Part shown: positions 32,551-42,422 of the stretch, piece by piece | How positions within the stretch are numbered: the first letter of the stretch is position 1 | How the letters are laid out: every line of letters starts with the position of its first letter | Assembly (NCBI GenBank): GCA_977020255.1 | Contig: CDROCS010001089.1 | Coordinates: 434,001 to 498,000, forward strand | Direction: 5' to 3' | Source of the DNA: Obrimoposthia wandeli | Taxonomy: Eukaryota | Length of the DNA: 64,000 nt | Notes under the pieces: generated by a model | Database searches by the model: none | Told to the model about the DNA's origin: nothing | Seen by the model: only the letters and a program-made list of their open reading frames with translations | Made by a program: the position numbers and the translations under genes

Positions 32551-34290
32551 ATGGATGAGTTAAAACTTTATACCTATATCGCCGTGTTCGGTTCGTTTGG
32601 CATGTACTTTGCCATCGCGTGGTGGGCACGTGCTGGGTCGACAAAAGAATTTTATGTCGCCGGTGGTGGTATCGGGCCAGTACAAAACGGTATGGCTATC
32701 GCCGCTGATTGGATGAGCGCAGCATCGTTTATTTCAATGGCTGGCTTAATTGCTTTTTTAGGATACGGTGGTTCAGTATTCTTAATGGGTTGGACAGGTG
32801 GTTACGTATTACTTGCTATGTTATTAGCGCCTTATATGCGCAAGCACGGTAAATTTACAGTGCCTGAGTTTATTGGAGATCGCTATTACTCTAAAACAGC
32901 GCGTATTGTGGCCGTTGCTTGTCTTATCATCGCTTCATTAACCTACATTATAGGCCAAATGAAAGGTGTTGGCGTGGCCTTCTCTCGCTTCTTAGAAGTG
33001 GATTATGGTTTAGGCCTAGGCATTGGTATGGCGGTGGTTTGGGTTTACGCTGTATTAGGTGGGATGAAGGGTATTACATACACGCAAATTGCGCAGTATG
33101 TGGTATTAATCTTCGCTTATACTATCCCAGCTATTTTCATCTCTATGCAATTAACGGGTAACCCAATTCCACAGTTAGGCTTAGGTAGTACTTTGGCTGA
33201 TGGCAGTGGTGTATATCTGTTAGATAAGCTTGATTTAGTGGTCACAGAGCTTGGCTTTAAGGAATACACAACAGGTCAGTTAGGCAACAACGCTAACATG
33301 ATCGCCTATACGCTTTCACTGATGATTGGTACAGCTGGCTTACCTCATGTAATCATGCGTTTCTTTACAGTCGCTTCTGTTAAAGCCGCTCGTTCTTCAG
33401 CGGGTTACGCATTAGTTTTTATCGCGTTGCTCTATACTGTAGCACCTGCAGTTGGCGCAATGGCGCGTTTAAATTTGATGAATACTATTGAGCCTGCAGC
33501 TGGGGAACACTTAGTTTACGCTGAGCGTCCGCAATGGTTTAAAGATTGGGAAAAAACCGGTCTATTAAAGTTTGAAGATAAAAACGGCGATGGAAAGATT
33601 CAGTACTCCGCAGATAAAGTAACTAATGAAATGGTTAAAGTTGACCGTGACATTATGGTACTTGCTAACCCTGCGATTGCGAATTTACCAAATTGGGTAA
33701 TTGCACTAGTTGCAGCCGGTGGACTAGCTGCCGCGCTTTCAACAGCAGCAGGTTTGTTGTTGGCGATATCTTCGTCCGTATCTCACGATTTGATGAAAGG
33801 TGTCTTTACACCTGACCTCTCTGAGAAAAACGAGCTATTGGCAAGTCGAATAGTGATGACCTTAGCGATACTGGTCTCCGGCTATTTAGGCTTGCATCCG
33901 CCTGGCTTTGCCGCGGGAACGGTGGCACTGGCCTTTGGACTGGCCGCGTCATCAATATTCCCAGCGTTAATGATGGGTATCTTCTCTCGTAAAATCAGTG
34001 GTACTGCAGCCGTTTGGGGTATGTGTTCAGGTATTGGTATCACGATGCTATACGTGTTCATGCACAAAGGTATCATGTTCATTCCAGGCACTTCGTTCCT
34101 TGGCGGTTTAGAGCCAAACTGGTTCTTTGGAATATCACCTAATGCATTCGGTGCAGTTGGTGCGGTTGTTAACTTTGCAGTAGCTTTCGCTGTTTGTCGA
34201 GTGACGGGGCCTGCACCCGTTGAAATTCAGAAAATGGTTGATAATTTCCGTACACCTGCCGGTGGCGTTAATGTGGCACAAGACCATTAA
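32551..34290 (+). CDS. actP: Cation/acetate symporter (SSS family, ActP-like)
   Basis: NGMAIAADWMSAASF, GGMKGITYTQIAQY, GTAGLPHVIMRFFT, AAGGLAAALSTAAGLL. Confidence 0.88.
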   Translation: MDELKLYTYIAVFGSFGMYFAIAWWARAGSTKEFYVAGGGIGPVQNGMAIAADWMSAASFISMAGLIAFLGYGGSVFLMGWTGGYVLLAMLLAPYMRKHGKFTVPEFIGDRYYSKTARIVAVACLIIASLTYIIGQMKGVGVAFSRFLEVDYGLGLGIGMAVVWVYAVLGGMKGITYTQIAQYVVLIFAYTIPAIFISMQLTGNPIPQLGLGSTLADGSGVYLLDKLDLVVTELGFKEYTTGQLGNNANMIAYTLSLMIGTAGLPHVIMRFFTVASVKAARSSAGYALVFIALLYTVAPAVGAMARLNLMNTIEPAAGEHLVYAERPQWFKDWEKTGLLKFEDKNGDGKIQYSADKVTNEMVKVDRDIMVLANPAIANLPNWVIALVAAGGLAAALSTAAGLLLAISSSVSHDLMKGVFTPDLSEKNELLASRIVMTLAILVSGYLGLHPPGFAAGTVALAFGLAASSIFPALMMGIFSRKISGTAAVWGMCSGIGITMLYVFMHKGIMFIPGTSFLGGLEPNWFFGISPNAFGAVGAVVNFAVAFAVCRVTGPAPVEIQKMVDNFRTPAGGVNVAQDH

Positions 34291-34304
34291 TTGAGATGTA
34301 CTTA

Positions 34305-34372
34305 AGCCTGCGAAAGTAGGCTATTTTAAATAGGCTCCTTGCAAATTATTATTGTTATGGAGCCTATTTTTT
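34305..34372 (+). terminator. Two tandem terminator-like hairpins after actP
   Basis: AGCCTGC-GAAA-GTAGGCT-ATTTT and AAATAGGCTCC...GGAGCCTATTTTTT. Confidence 0.7.
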
Positions 34373-34465
34373 AATGTATTGACGATAAGTAAGTAACAAC
34401 GATGAATAGCAATTGATACACTTTCAATATAAATCTATATATTCTAACAATATTTAAACCATGGA

Positions 34466-34912
34466 TTGCAAATTGTGAACAAGCATACAAAAATTGCCAT
34501 TTTAGTGGCTCCAGTATTAGCGGTGTTAGGTTTCGCAGCGACTGATATGTTCAGTGAATATCAAGCTTCACAATCACGTATTTTTACCATGGAACTACAA
34601 GATAACTGTGATATTAAAGCGCAAAAATGTGTTTTAGAGTCACAAGAATTTTTATTGAGCTTTTCTGATAATAACGGTGAAACGATAGTTAACTCAACTT
34701 TCCCGTTAGATACCGCAACTTTGTTTTTAGTTGATGAGTCAAATAAAGCCACTAGCTATCCACTAGGGATGACAACAAGCCCTTACTATTGGAGAGCAGC
34801 AACTAACCTAGGTGAGTTGATTGATAAAACAGGAAGTACACAAAAGTTACGTGTTGTGGCTAATATAAAAGGAGGCTCATATATTAGTGAGTTTATCAGC
34901 ACCACACGTTAG
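34466..34912 (+). CDS. Hypothetical protein with N-terminal membrane anchor
   Basis: 148-aa ORF with one hydrophobic helix and a C-x6-C pair; fills the actP-crbS gap; exact start uncertain. Confidence 0.7.
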   Translation: MQIVNKHTKIAILVAPVLAVLGFAATDMFSEYQASQSRIFTMELQDNCDIKAQKCVLESQEFLLSFSDNNGETIVNSTFPLDTATLFLVDESNKATSYPLGMTTSPYYWRAATNLGELIDKTGSTQKLRVVANIKGGSYISEFISTTR

Positions 34913-34998
34913 AAGCGTTTAAGGCTGTTTGGTATATCATTAAGGGGTTAAGCTAGATAATATCAAACTCTGTTAAGTTAAACCTTGAGTAATTATTT

Positions 34999-37900
34999 AT
35001 GTTTCAAAACTGGCAGTTAATCGGTATTAGCCTCAGTTATATTTGCCTGCTTTTTTTGATTGCCTATCTTGGTGATAAATATCGCCATAAAATACCACAG
35101 CAAAGCCAGCCTATAATATATGCACTCACATTAGGAGTGTACTGTACCTCTTGGAGTTTTTTGGGTACAACGGCGCAAGCCGCCACTAGCATTTTCTCGC
35201 ACTTACCTATTTTTATTGGCCCTATATTACTGTTTATTTTTGCTTGGGGTTTTATTCAGCGCATTATTAAAACTAGCTTAAAACTAAACGTAACTTCAAT
35301 AGCTGATTTACTGGCCGCTCGCTTTGGTAAATCACAAAAATTAGCGGTAATAATCACCTTAGTTGCCTTGGTAGGCACAATGCCTTATATCGCGTTGCAG
35401 CTAAAGGCAATTGTATATTCTTACCAACAATTAACAGCCGTACAAGAGCTTAATTCTTGGCAAACAGGTTTAGTGGTTACCGCGATACTGGCAGGCTTTA
35501 CGCTATTTTTTGGCATTCGTGAAGTGGATGTTACTGAGCGTCATCCCGGTGTAATGCTTGCTATCGCGTTTGAATCGTTAGTGAAAGTATCCGCTTTTTT
35601 AATTTTAGGGCTATTCGTTACTTTCTTTATTTACTCGTCTCCTGCCGAGCTTTGGCAAGCGTCTAAAGCTAATAACTTACTGAGCCAGCAGCTACAATTT
35701 CCAAATATAGCGACGATGTTAAGCTCACTTGTTATAGGCATGGCGGCTTTTTTGGCATTACCTAGACAATTTCAAGTGATGGTAGTGGAGCTGAGAAATG
35801 CCGCAGATTCCCAGCTCGCACGGTTCGTGTTTCCTATTTATTTACTGATATTTGCCATTTTTGCCATTCCATTAGGCCTAGCGGGGCAGCTTCTTCTAGG
35901 AGATACAGTGCCAGCTGATTCTTATGTATTGTTTTTACCGGCTGTTCAAAATCAGCTTTGGCTGACAATGTTAGCTTTTTTAGGCGCTATTTCTGCCGCC
36001 AGTTCAATGGTAATTATCGCTGCAATTGCCTTGAGTACTATGTTGAGTAATGAAATATTCTTTCCATTATTGTTTAACCATCCTAGCGGAAAAAATAGGG
36101 ATTTCGCGCGCTTTAAAGCCAACTTACTCAACGTTAGAAAGGTTTTAGCTTGTCTCGTTATTTTGCTAGGTTACGGGGTGTTTTTAGCCGCACCGCCGGA
36201 CAAGCTCTCTTCATTAGGTGAAATTGCTTTTGGTGCTCTGGCACAGCTCACTCCAGCGCTAATTGCTGCGTTTTATTGGCGTTCCAGCAGCCTAACAGGG
36301 GTTATTTGCGGGCTTAGCGCTGGTTTTAGTTTGTGGTTCTTTTTGAATTTATTGCCTCAGTTTGGGTTATATACTCAACCGGTTAGTAATGGTGTTATTC
36401 CCACGCATATGATTGTTTCTCTGTTAAGTTTATCTATCAATGTGATTGTTATGTGGTGGGTTTCTCAGTTTAGCCGGCAAAATGTGCAAGAACGGATACA
36501 AGCATCACACTTTCTTGATTGGCAATCCCCCGATAGCTTACAACCGCCGATTAATAAAAATATTGATGCCAGTGAGCTACAATTGTTAGCCTCGCGTTTT
36601 ATTGGCGAAGAGAAAGCAAAATTGGGGTTTAATCAATTTTTGGCATCAAACGATGCTAAATATTTAGGCTCTAGGTCGTACAATAATAAGTTAATTACCC
36701 ATACCGAACGCATGTTAACCAGTGTGATGGGGTCCTCTTCTTCAAGGCTTGTTATTTCAAGTGCCTTGCAAGGTAAAGAAATAGCATTAGATCAAATAGT
36801 ATTATTGATAGAAGATGCTTCTTCGCAAGGAACACAGTTTAGTCATACCCTGCTGCAAAGTGCGATAGAAAACAGCACAGAAGGGATCTCTATTATCGAT
36901 AACCAGCTTAATTTGATGGCTTGGAATAAGCGTTATATTGAATTGTTCGATTACCCTAAAGAGCTTGTTTATATTGGTTGTCCTGTTGAAAGCTTAATCC
37001 GTTACAATGTTGAGCAAGGTCGCTGTGGGCCAGGTGATGTAGAAGATAAAATTCGCAAACGATTGTCTCATTTACAACGTGGCAATCCGCATAGTTCAGA
37101 GCGCAGGCATAATACCGGCCAAGTCATTCGTATACAGGGCAACCCTTTACCAGGGGGGGGCTTTGTGATGATTTTTTCAGATATCAGTGCCTTTAAACAA
37201 GCAGAGCAAGTATTACGCGAGGCTAACCAAGATTTAGAAACAAGAGTAAACGCGCGAACCAAAAGTTTAGAGAAAATGAATGAAGCACTCGAATTAGCAC
37301 GCGAAAAAGCAGTGCTAGCACACGTTAAAAAAAGCCAATACTTAAATGCTTGTAGCCATGATTTGATGCAGCCATTAGAAGCCGCAAGGCTTTTTACTAC
37401 CGCACTTTCTGTACAAAAGGGACTTAATAAAGAGCATTTAAGTCATATAGCTAATATTGAAAATTCACTGAAAGTGGCTAGCCATTTGCTTAGTGACCTT
37501 GGAGATATAGCGAAAATTGAAAGCGGTAATATAAGGATCCGTAAAGAGCCTTTCCCGATTGAAGATATATTTCGTAGTTTGGCACAAGAATTTAACGCAC
37601 ATGACGAAAAAATTGATATCCAATTTAATATTGTCAAATGTAGTGCTTGGGTTTATAGCGACCCCAGTTTACTCAGGCGCATCTTACATAACTTAATAGC
37701 TAATGCTTTTCGCTATGCGAGCCCTGGAAAAGTGTTGTTAGGCTGTCGGCGTATAAACAATAAGCTTTCTATTCAGGTTATTGATAATGGACCGGGAATA
37801 GCAGCGGATAAACAAGCTTTAGTTTTCGAGCAATTTACGCAATTAGATAAGCAAAATGTGCATGCAAGTAAAGGGCTAGGGTTGGGGTTAAATATCGCGA

Positions 37901-38469
37901 AAAGCTTTTCGCAACTCCTTGAGCATCGATTAGCGCTGCGTTCTGAAGTATCCAAAGGTTGTAACTTTTCTATCGCTGTTCCAATATCGACTAAACAGCT
38001 GCAAAGGAGTGCAAAACCAAGTAATAATGTGATTAGTTTACAAGGTGTAACAGTACTTTGTGTGGAGAATGATCCTAACTTACTAGCAGCGATGGTCGCT
38101 TTGTTGGAAACGTGGCAGTGCGAAGTACTAGCTTGCGACAATACAGCAAAGGCTTACCAGTATTTTAGTGATTATAATGATGAAATTGACATTATGTTGA
38201 TGGACTATCAGCTATCGGATGATGAATCTGGGTTAACTCTGATGACAGAGCTCAATGCAGCTTCATCTTACGGAGTACCAGGAGTATTGATTACTGCTAC
38301 AACGGATGTAGATTTGCCAGCAAGAGTAGCACTGGCAGGCTTTGATTTCATGCGAAAGCCGATGAAACCCGCAGCATTACGGGCTTTAATAAGTTCTATA
38401 CTAATGCAAAAAATGCAGCGTGATTATTCGCTGCTTGATGAAAACGAAGAACCCCCTACTTCTAATTGA
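34999..38469 (+). CDS. crbS: Hybrid sensor kinase, SLC5-like domain/STAC/PAS/HisKA/HATPase/REC (CrbS-like)
   Basis: LGVYCTSWSFLG SSS-like membrane domain, PAS-like region (AWNKRYIELF), SHDLMQPL H-box, DNGPGI and GLGLGL boxes, C-terminal receiver. Confidence 0.85.
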   Translation: MFQNWQLIGISLSYICLLFLIAYLGDKYRHKIPQQSQPIIYALTLGVYCTSWSFLGTTAQAATSIFSHLPIFIGPILLFIFAWGFIQRIIKTSLKLNVTSIADLLAARFGKSQKLAVIITLVALVGTMPYIALQLKAIVYSYQQLTAVQELNSWQTGLVVTAILAGFTLFFGIREVDVTERHPGVMLAIAFESLVKVSAFLILGLFVTFFIYSSPAELWQASKANNLLSQQLQFPNIATMLSSLVIGMAAFLALPRQFQVMVVELRNAADSQLARFVFPIYLLIFAIFAIPLGLAGQLLLGDTVPADSYVLFLPAVQNQLWLTMLAFLGAISAASSMVIIAAIALSTMLSNEIFFPLLFNHPSGKNRDFARFKANLLNVRKVLACLVILLGYGVFLAAPPDKLSSLGEIAFGALAQLTPALIAAFYWRSSSLTGVICGLSAGFSLWFFLNLLPQFGLYTQPVSNGVIPTHMIVSLLSLSINVIVMWWVSQFSRQNVQERIQASHFLDWQSPDSLQPPINKNIDASELQLLASRFIGEEKAKLGFNQFLASNDAKYLGSRSYNNKLITHTERMLTSVMGSSSSRLVISSALQGKEIALDQIVLLIEDASSQGTQFSHTLLQSAIENSTEGISIIDNQLNLMAWNKRYIELFDYPKELVYIGCPVESLIRYNVEQGRCGPGDVEDKIRKRLSHLQRGNPHSSERRHNTGQVIRIQGNPLPGGGFVMIFSDISAFKQAEQVLREANQDLETRVNARTKSLEKMNEALELAREKAVLAHVKKSQYLNACSHDLMQPLEAARLFTTALSVQKGLNKEHLSHIANIENSLKVASHLLSDLGDIAKIESGNIRIRKEPFPIEDIFRSLAQEFNAHDEKIDIQFNIVKCSAWVYSDPSLLRRILHNLIANAFRYASPGKVLLGCRRINNKLSIQVIDNGPGIAADKQALVFEQFTQLDKQNVHASKGLGLGLNIAKSFSQLLEHRLALRSEVSKGCNFSIAVPISTKQLQRSAKPSNNVISLQGVTVLCVENDPNLLAAMVALLETWQCEVLACDNTAKAYQYFSDYNDEIDIMLMDYQLSDDESGLTLMTELNAASSYGVPGVLITATTDVDLPARVALAGFDFMRKPMKPAALRALISSILMQKMQRDYSLLDENEEPPTSN

Positions 38470-39086
38470 CCTATAGCGATCACCGCTTGTGTTCTATTTA
38501 ACACATTCAGTTTGCGAAAAATGGCAGTAGCGTGTGCTTTTACTGTGGCCTCAGATAAAGATAATTGATGAGCAATTTGTTTATTCAATAAACCATCAGC
38601 GAACATTAGCAAAATTTTATGCTGTTGAGGGGTTAAAGAGCTAATACGCGCTCCAATATCAGTACTATGATTAGCACGGCTTAAATCAATATGCTCGGGC
38701 ACCCATACCTCGCCTTTTAATACCTGCCTTATTGCTTTGAAAATTAACTCAACAGGGGTTGATTTAGGCACAAAACCAGAGGCACCAAAGCCCATTGCTT
38801 TGATCACGGTATTTTCATCTTCATGGGCAGAGACTACCACAACGGGTAAGTGAGGTTTTGAAGAACGTATTTTAATCAGTGAATTAAAGCCATGCGCTCC
38901 GGGGATGTTTAAATCAAGCAGTAAGAGATCTGCATCCTGGTGCTCCTCTAATGTGCTATTGAGTTGCTCAACGGTTTCAGCCTGTACCCAAATAACTTGG
39001 GGCAGTTTTGCCATTAAAATCTGTAATAGCGCTTGTCGAAATAACGGGTGATCGTCTGCTATTATTATCTTACGTGGAATATTCAT
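38424..39086 (-). CDS. crbR: LuxR/NarL-family response regulator (CrbR/ErdR-like)
   Basis: IIIADDHPLFR, LLLLDLNIPG, LTPQQ...GLLNKQIA HTH; start reset to MNIPRK (GAGGAG RBS); convergent with crbS. Confidence 0.8.
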   Translation of the reverse strand: MNIPRKIIIADDHPLFRQALLQILMAKLPQVIWVQAETVEQLNSTLEEHQDADLLLLDLNIPGAHGFNSLIKIRSSKPHLPVVVVSAHEDENTVIKAMGFGASGFVPKSTPVELIFKAIRQVLKGEVWVPEHIDLSRANHSTDIGARISSLTPQQHKILLMFADGLLNKQIAHQLSLSEATVKAHATAIFRKLNVLNRTQAVIAIGQLEVGGSSFSSSSE

Positions 39087-39272
39087 GACGCTCCTCGTCA
39101 TAGCTATATTAAGTACTAGAAAACTGCTCAAACCATTAAAATATCCATGTTTGCACTGGTTTGTATCCCTTGACTGCAACAGTTGCAGCTAACTTAATTT
39201 TGCTGTTATTCTTTACTTTTACGAAAATCTAATCGATTAGTTAGGACTAGTGGATATTCTAACAGGCTTCAA

Positions 39273-39827
39273 TCACTGTGCCCACAGCTCTTGCATATGT
39301 TGGTTTTTCCAGGTCACGTAGTTATTAGCTGTATAACTGAAAAAGTCCAGCTCAGTTTGGCTAAGCGCTCGTACTTGCTTTGCTGGGCGACCCACATATA
39401 GAAAGCCACTTTTAAGTGTTTTTCCAGGTGGCACTAAGCTTCCCGCACCAAGAACTACGTTAGATTCAATCACCGCTCCATCCATAACCATAGAGCCCAT
39501 GCCGATCAATACTTGATTACCCACCGTGCAGCCGTGCAGCATCGCTAAATGACCAATAGTCACTTCTTCACCGATGATGAGCGCTAAGCCTTCAGGGTTA
39601 CCTGCGCCTGCATGCGTTACATGTAATATTGATCCATCTTGAACGCTGGTGCGTGCACCCACACTAATACGCTGTACATCACCTCGAATCACCGCTGTTG
39701 GCCATACAGAAACATCATCTGCCAGAGATACATCACCTAAGACAACAGCTGAAGGATCGACAAATACACGCGCTCCAAGTTTAGGTGATATGCCTTGATA
39801 AGATCTTAGATTCATTGATGGTTCCAT
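39273..39827 (-). CDS. Gamma carbonic anhydrase family protein (YrdA-like)
   Basis: Hexapeptide repeats, VIRGDV, VQDGSILHVTH, VTIGHLAMLHGC. Confidence 0.93.
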   Translation of the reverse strand: MEPSMNLRSYQGISPKLGARVFVDPSAVVLGDVSLADDVSVWPTAVIRGDVQRISVGARTSVQDGSILHVTHAGAGNPEGLALIIGEEVTIGHLAMLHGCTVGNQVLIGMGSMVMDGAVIESNVVLGAGSLVPPGKTLKSGFLYVGRPAKQVRALSQTELDFFSYTANNYVTWKNQHMQELWAQ

Positions 39828-39954
39828 ATATGATTTAAGGTAATAGGTAATTTAGCATTCAATGCTAGCAAAAACAGTAATTAGTTGATCTTGAGTCTAT
39901 TTATAACTAATGGCCAAATATAAAAAGATGACTATAAATTGAGTCTTAAGCAGA

Positions 39955-39980
39955 GTTGAAATGATTGAATTCGCCCATAT
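39955..39980 (+). promoter_or_regulatory. Possible sigma-32 promoter of prlC
   Basis: GTTGAA-12 nt-GCCCATAT versus consensus CTTGAA-N13/14-CCCCATNT; the spacer is 1 nt short. Confidence 0.35.
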
Positions 39981-40122
39981 TATTACTTCTACAGCTAGCT
40001 TATAAGTAAGCGCTAGCATCTATTAAGTTCCAGTGTTTTTTTATCGGTAAAGATAGAGATACTATCGAGCTTATATTCGTAGATTTCCCGGCTTTTTTAA
40101 GCTTTAACGTGGAGCACCTTAC

Positions 40123-42144
40123 ATGTCGCAAAATGCTGATCACCGTTTAGATTTACCGCAGTTTAGTCAATTAATCGTGAGCGATATAAACCCGCAGCTA
40201 GAGGTGATGCTCGCGCAGAATTTGAATGATATAAACGCATTACTGGCGCAAGGTCAGCAATATAACTGGGATAACTTAATAGCCCCTATTGAAGAAATGC
40301 ATAACACCTTAGATAACTTTTGGTCTCCTGTGTCGCACCTAAATGGCGTTTGTAATACCGACGAATTGAGAGTTGCTTATAATGAAGCACAGCCTAAACT
40401 TTCAGCTTATTACAGCCAAATAGGGCAAAATCAAGAGCTGTACAATGCTTATAAGCAACTCGATTTAACAGTCCTTAACAGCGCTCAGCAAAAAGTAGTT
40501 AGTAATGCTTTAAGAGATTTTGAATTATCGGGAGTCGCTTTGAATGAAGAGCAGCAACAGCGCTTTACAGCTATTAAACTGCGTACTTCTGAGCTAAGTA
40601 CTAAGTTTTCTGAAAATGTTTTAGATTCGACTCAAGCGTGGAAAAAGCACATTACAGATGTTAGCGAGCTCTCTGGCATGCCTGAACTCACTTTAGCGGG
40701 GGCAAAGCAAGCGGCGCAAGAAGCAGGGCTGGAAGGTTATTTATTGACATTGGAGTTTCCGTCTTACTTGCCTGTAATGACCTACTGTAACAATAGAGAA
40801 TTGCGTGAAGAGGTTTACACTGCCTTTGCAACCCGTGCCTCAGATACAGAACAAAATAAAGCATGGGATAATAGCGCCATTATTGAAGAGCTATTAACGC
40901 TGCGCCAAGAGTTGGCTAAAATTTTAGGATTTACCAGTTACGCACATTATTCGCTAGCGACAAAAATGGCTAAAGAACCAAGTGAAGTACTGGGGTTCTT
41001 AAATGAATTGGCAGATCACAGTGTCGCCATTTCACGGACAGAATTCGCTGAACTACGCCAGTTTGCCATGCAAAGGTCTAATTTAGAGCAGCTACAAGCT
41101 TGGGATGTAGGGTATTACAGTGAAAAGCTAAAGCAGCAAAAATTCTCAATATCACAAGATCAAATCCGTCCCTACTTCCCGTTAGAGAAAGTGCTACAAG
41201 GATTGTTTAACATCACATCACGATTATTCAATTTCACAATAAACGAGATTGACGAATTTGATGCTTGGCACAAAGATGTAAAACTGTTTGAAATTCTGCG
41301 AGACGAGCAAGTCATTGCCCGCTTTTACTTAGATCCATTTGCCCGTGCTAACAAGCGTGGTGGGGCTTGGATGGACGGCTGTCGTACTCGAAGACGTAAT
41401 GCACAAGGTGAACTACAGCTACCAACAGCTTATTTAGTGTGTAACTTTAATGCGCCAATTGGTCATGATCCAGCGTTGCTAACCCATGATGAGCTAACTA
41501 CTTTGTTTCATGAATTTGGCCACGGTATACACCACATGCTGACCGAGATGGAATATTCTGATATCAGTGGCATTAATGGCGTTCCTTGGGATGCTGTTGA
41601 ATTACCAAGCCAGTTTTTAGAAAACTGGTGCTGGCAGCCACAAGCACTCGCTATTATTTCTGGCCATTATAGTACTGGAGAACCCCTTCCTGCTAACCTG
41701 CTGAGTAAGTTATTGGAAGCACGTAACTTTCAATCTGCGATGGCAATGGTAAGGCAGTTAGAATTCTCTATTTTTGACTTCCGTTTACATTTAGAGCACA
41801 AAGCAGGGGGTAATAGTGTTCAGCCATTACTCGATGAAATCCGCCAGCAAATAGCCGTGTTGATGCCCCCTGCATTTAATGCTTTTCAAAATGGTTTTAG
41901 TCACATATTTGCTGGTGGTTATGCCGCGGGGTATTACAGCTATAAATGGGCAGAAGTACTTTCTGCAGATGCTTTTTCGTTATTTGAAAATAAAGGCATT
42001 TTCCACAAAGAAACGGGTCAATTGTTTCTAACAAGTATTTTGCAAAAAGGCGGTAGTGAAGAACCGTTGAAGCTGTTTACCGACTTTAGAGGAAGAGCGC
42101 CAGATACTGATGCTTTACTGCGACATAGCGGTATAAAAGCATGA
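40123..42144 (+). CDS. prlC: Oligopeptidase A (M3 family)
   Basis: TLFHEFGHGIHH, DAVELPSQFLENW, FSHIFAGGYAAGYYSYKWAEVLSADAF. Confidence 0.96.
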   Translation: MSQNADHRLDLPQFSQLIVSDINPQLEVMLAQNLNDINALLAQGQQYNWDNLIAPIEEMHNTLDNFWSPVSHLNGVCNTDELRVAYNEAQPKLSAYYSQIGQNQELYNAYKQLDLTVLNSAQQKVVSNALRDFELSGVALNEEQQQRFTAIKLRTSELSTKFSENVLDSTQAWKKHITDVSELSGMPELTLAGAKQAAQEAGLEGYLLTLEFPSYLPVMTYCNNRELREEVYTAFATRASDTEQNKAWDNSAIIEELLTLRQELAKILGFTSYAHYSLATKMAKEPSEVLGFLNELADHSVAISRTEFAELRQFAMQRSNLEQLQAWDVGYYSEKLKQQKFSISQDQIRPYFPLEKVLQGLFNITSRLFNFTINEIDEFDAWHKDVKLFEILRDEQVIARFYLDPFARANKRGGAWMDGCRTRRRNAQGELQLPTAYLVCNFNAPIGHDPALLTHDELTTLFHEFGHGIHHMLTEMEYSDISGINGVPWDAVELPSQFLENWCWQPQALAIISGHYSTGEPLPANLLSKLLEARNFQSAMAMVRQLEFSIFDFRLHLEHKAGGNSVQPLLDEIRQQIAVLMPPAFNAFQNGFSHIFAGGYAAGYYSYKWAEVLSADAFSLFENKGIFHKETGQLFLTSILQKGGSEEPLKLFTDFRGRAPDTDALLRHSGIKA

Positions 42145-42422
42145 GCGTGATAAAACGCTTCGTAGCGGGGGCTGTATGCCCGCGCTGCGCTAAAATGGAC
42201 ACTATTCGTGTTTATCGCAATGAGATTCGTGAGTACCGTGAATGTGTGAAATGCGATTACAAAGACGGGCAAAACCTCGATGGAAGCCCTGAAAGTGTTA
42301 CTGAACTGCAAACACGGGTCAATCAAGATGCTGTTCAACACCAAGAAGCCTCTAAAATAGCCCCTGTCACAGTGCAAACGATAAACTTTGATCCCTTTCC
42401 CAAAGGAGATAAAAACAAATGA
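42141..42422 (+). CDS. YheV family zinc-ribbon protein
   Basis: KRFVAGAVCPRC...RECVKC; ATGA overlap with prlC. Confidence 0.9.
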   Translation: MSVIKRFVAGAVCPRCAKMDTIRVYRNEIREYRECVKCDYKDGQNLDGSPESVTELQTRVNQDAVQHQEASKIAPVTVQTINFDPFPKGDKNK

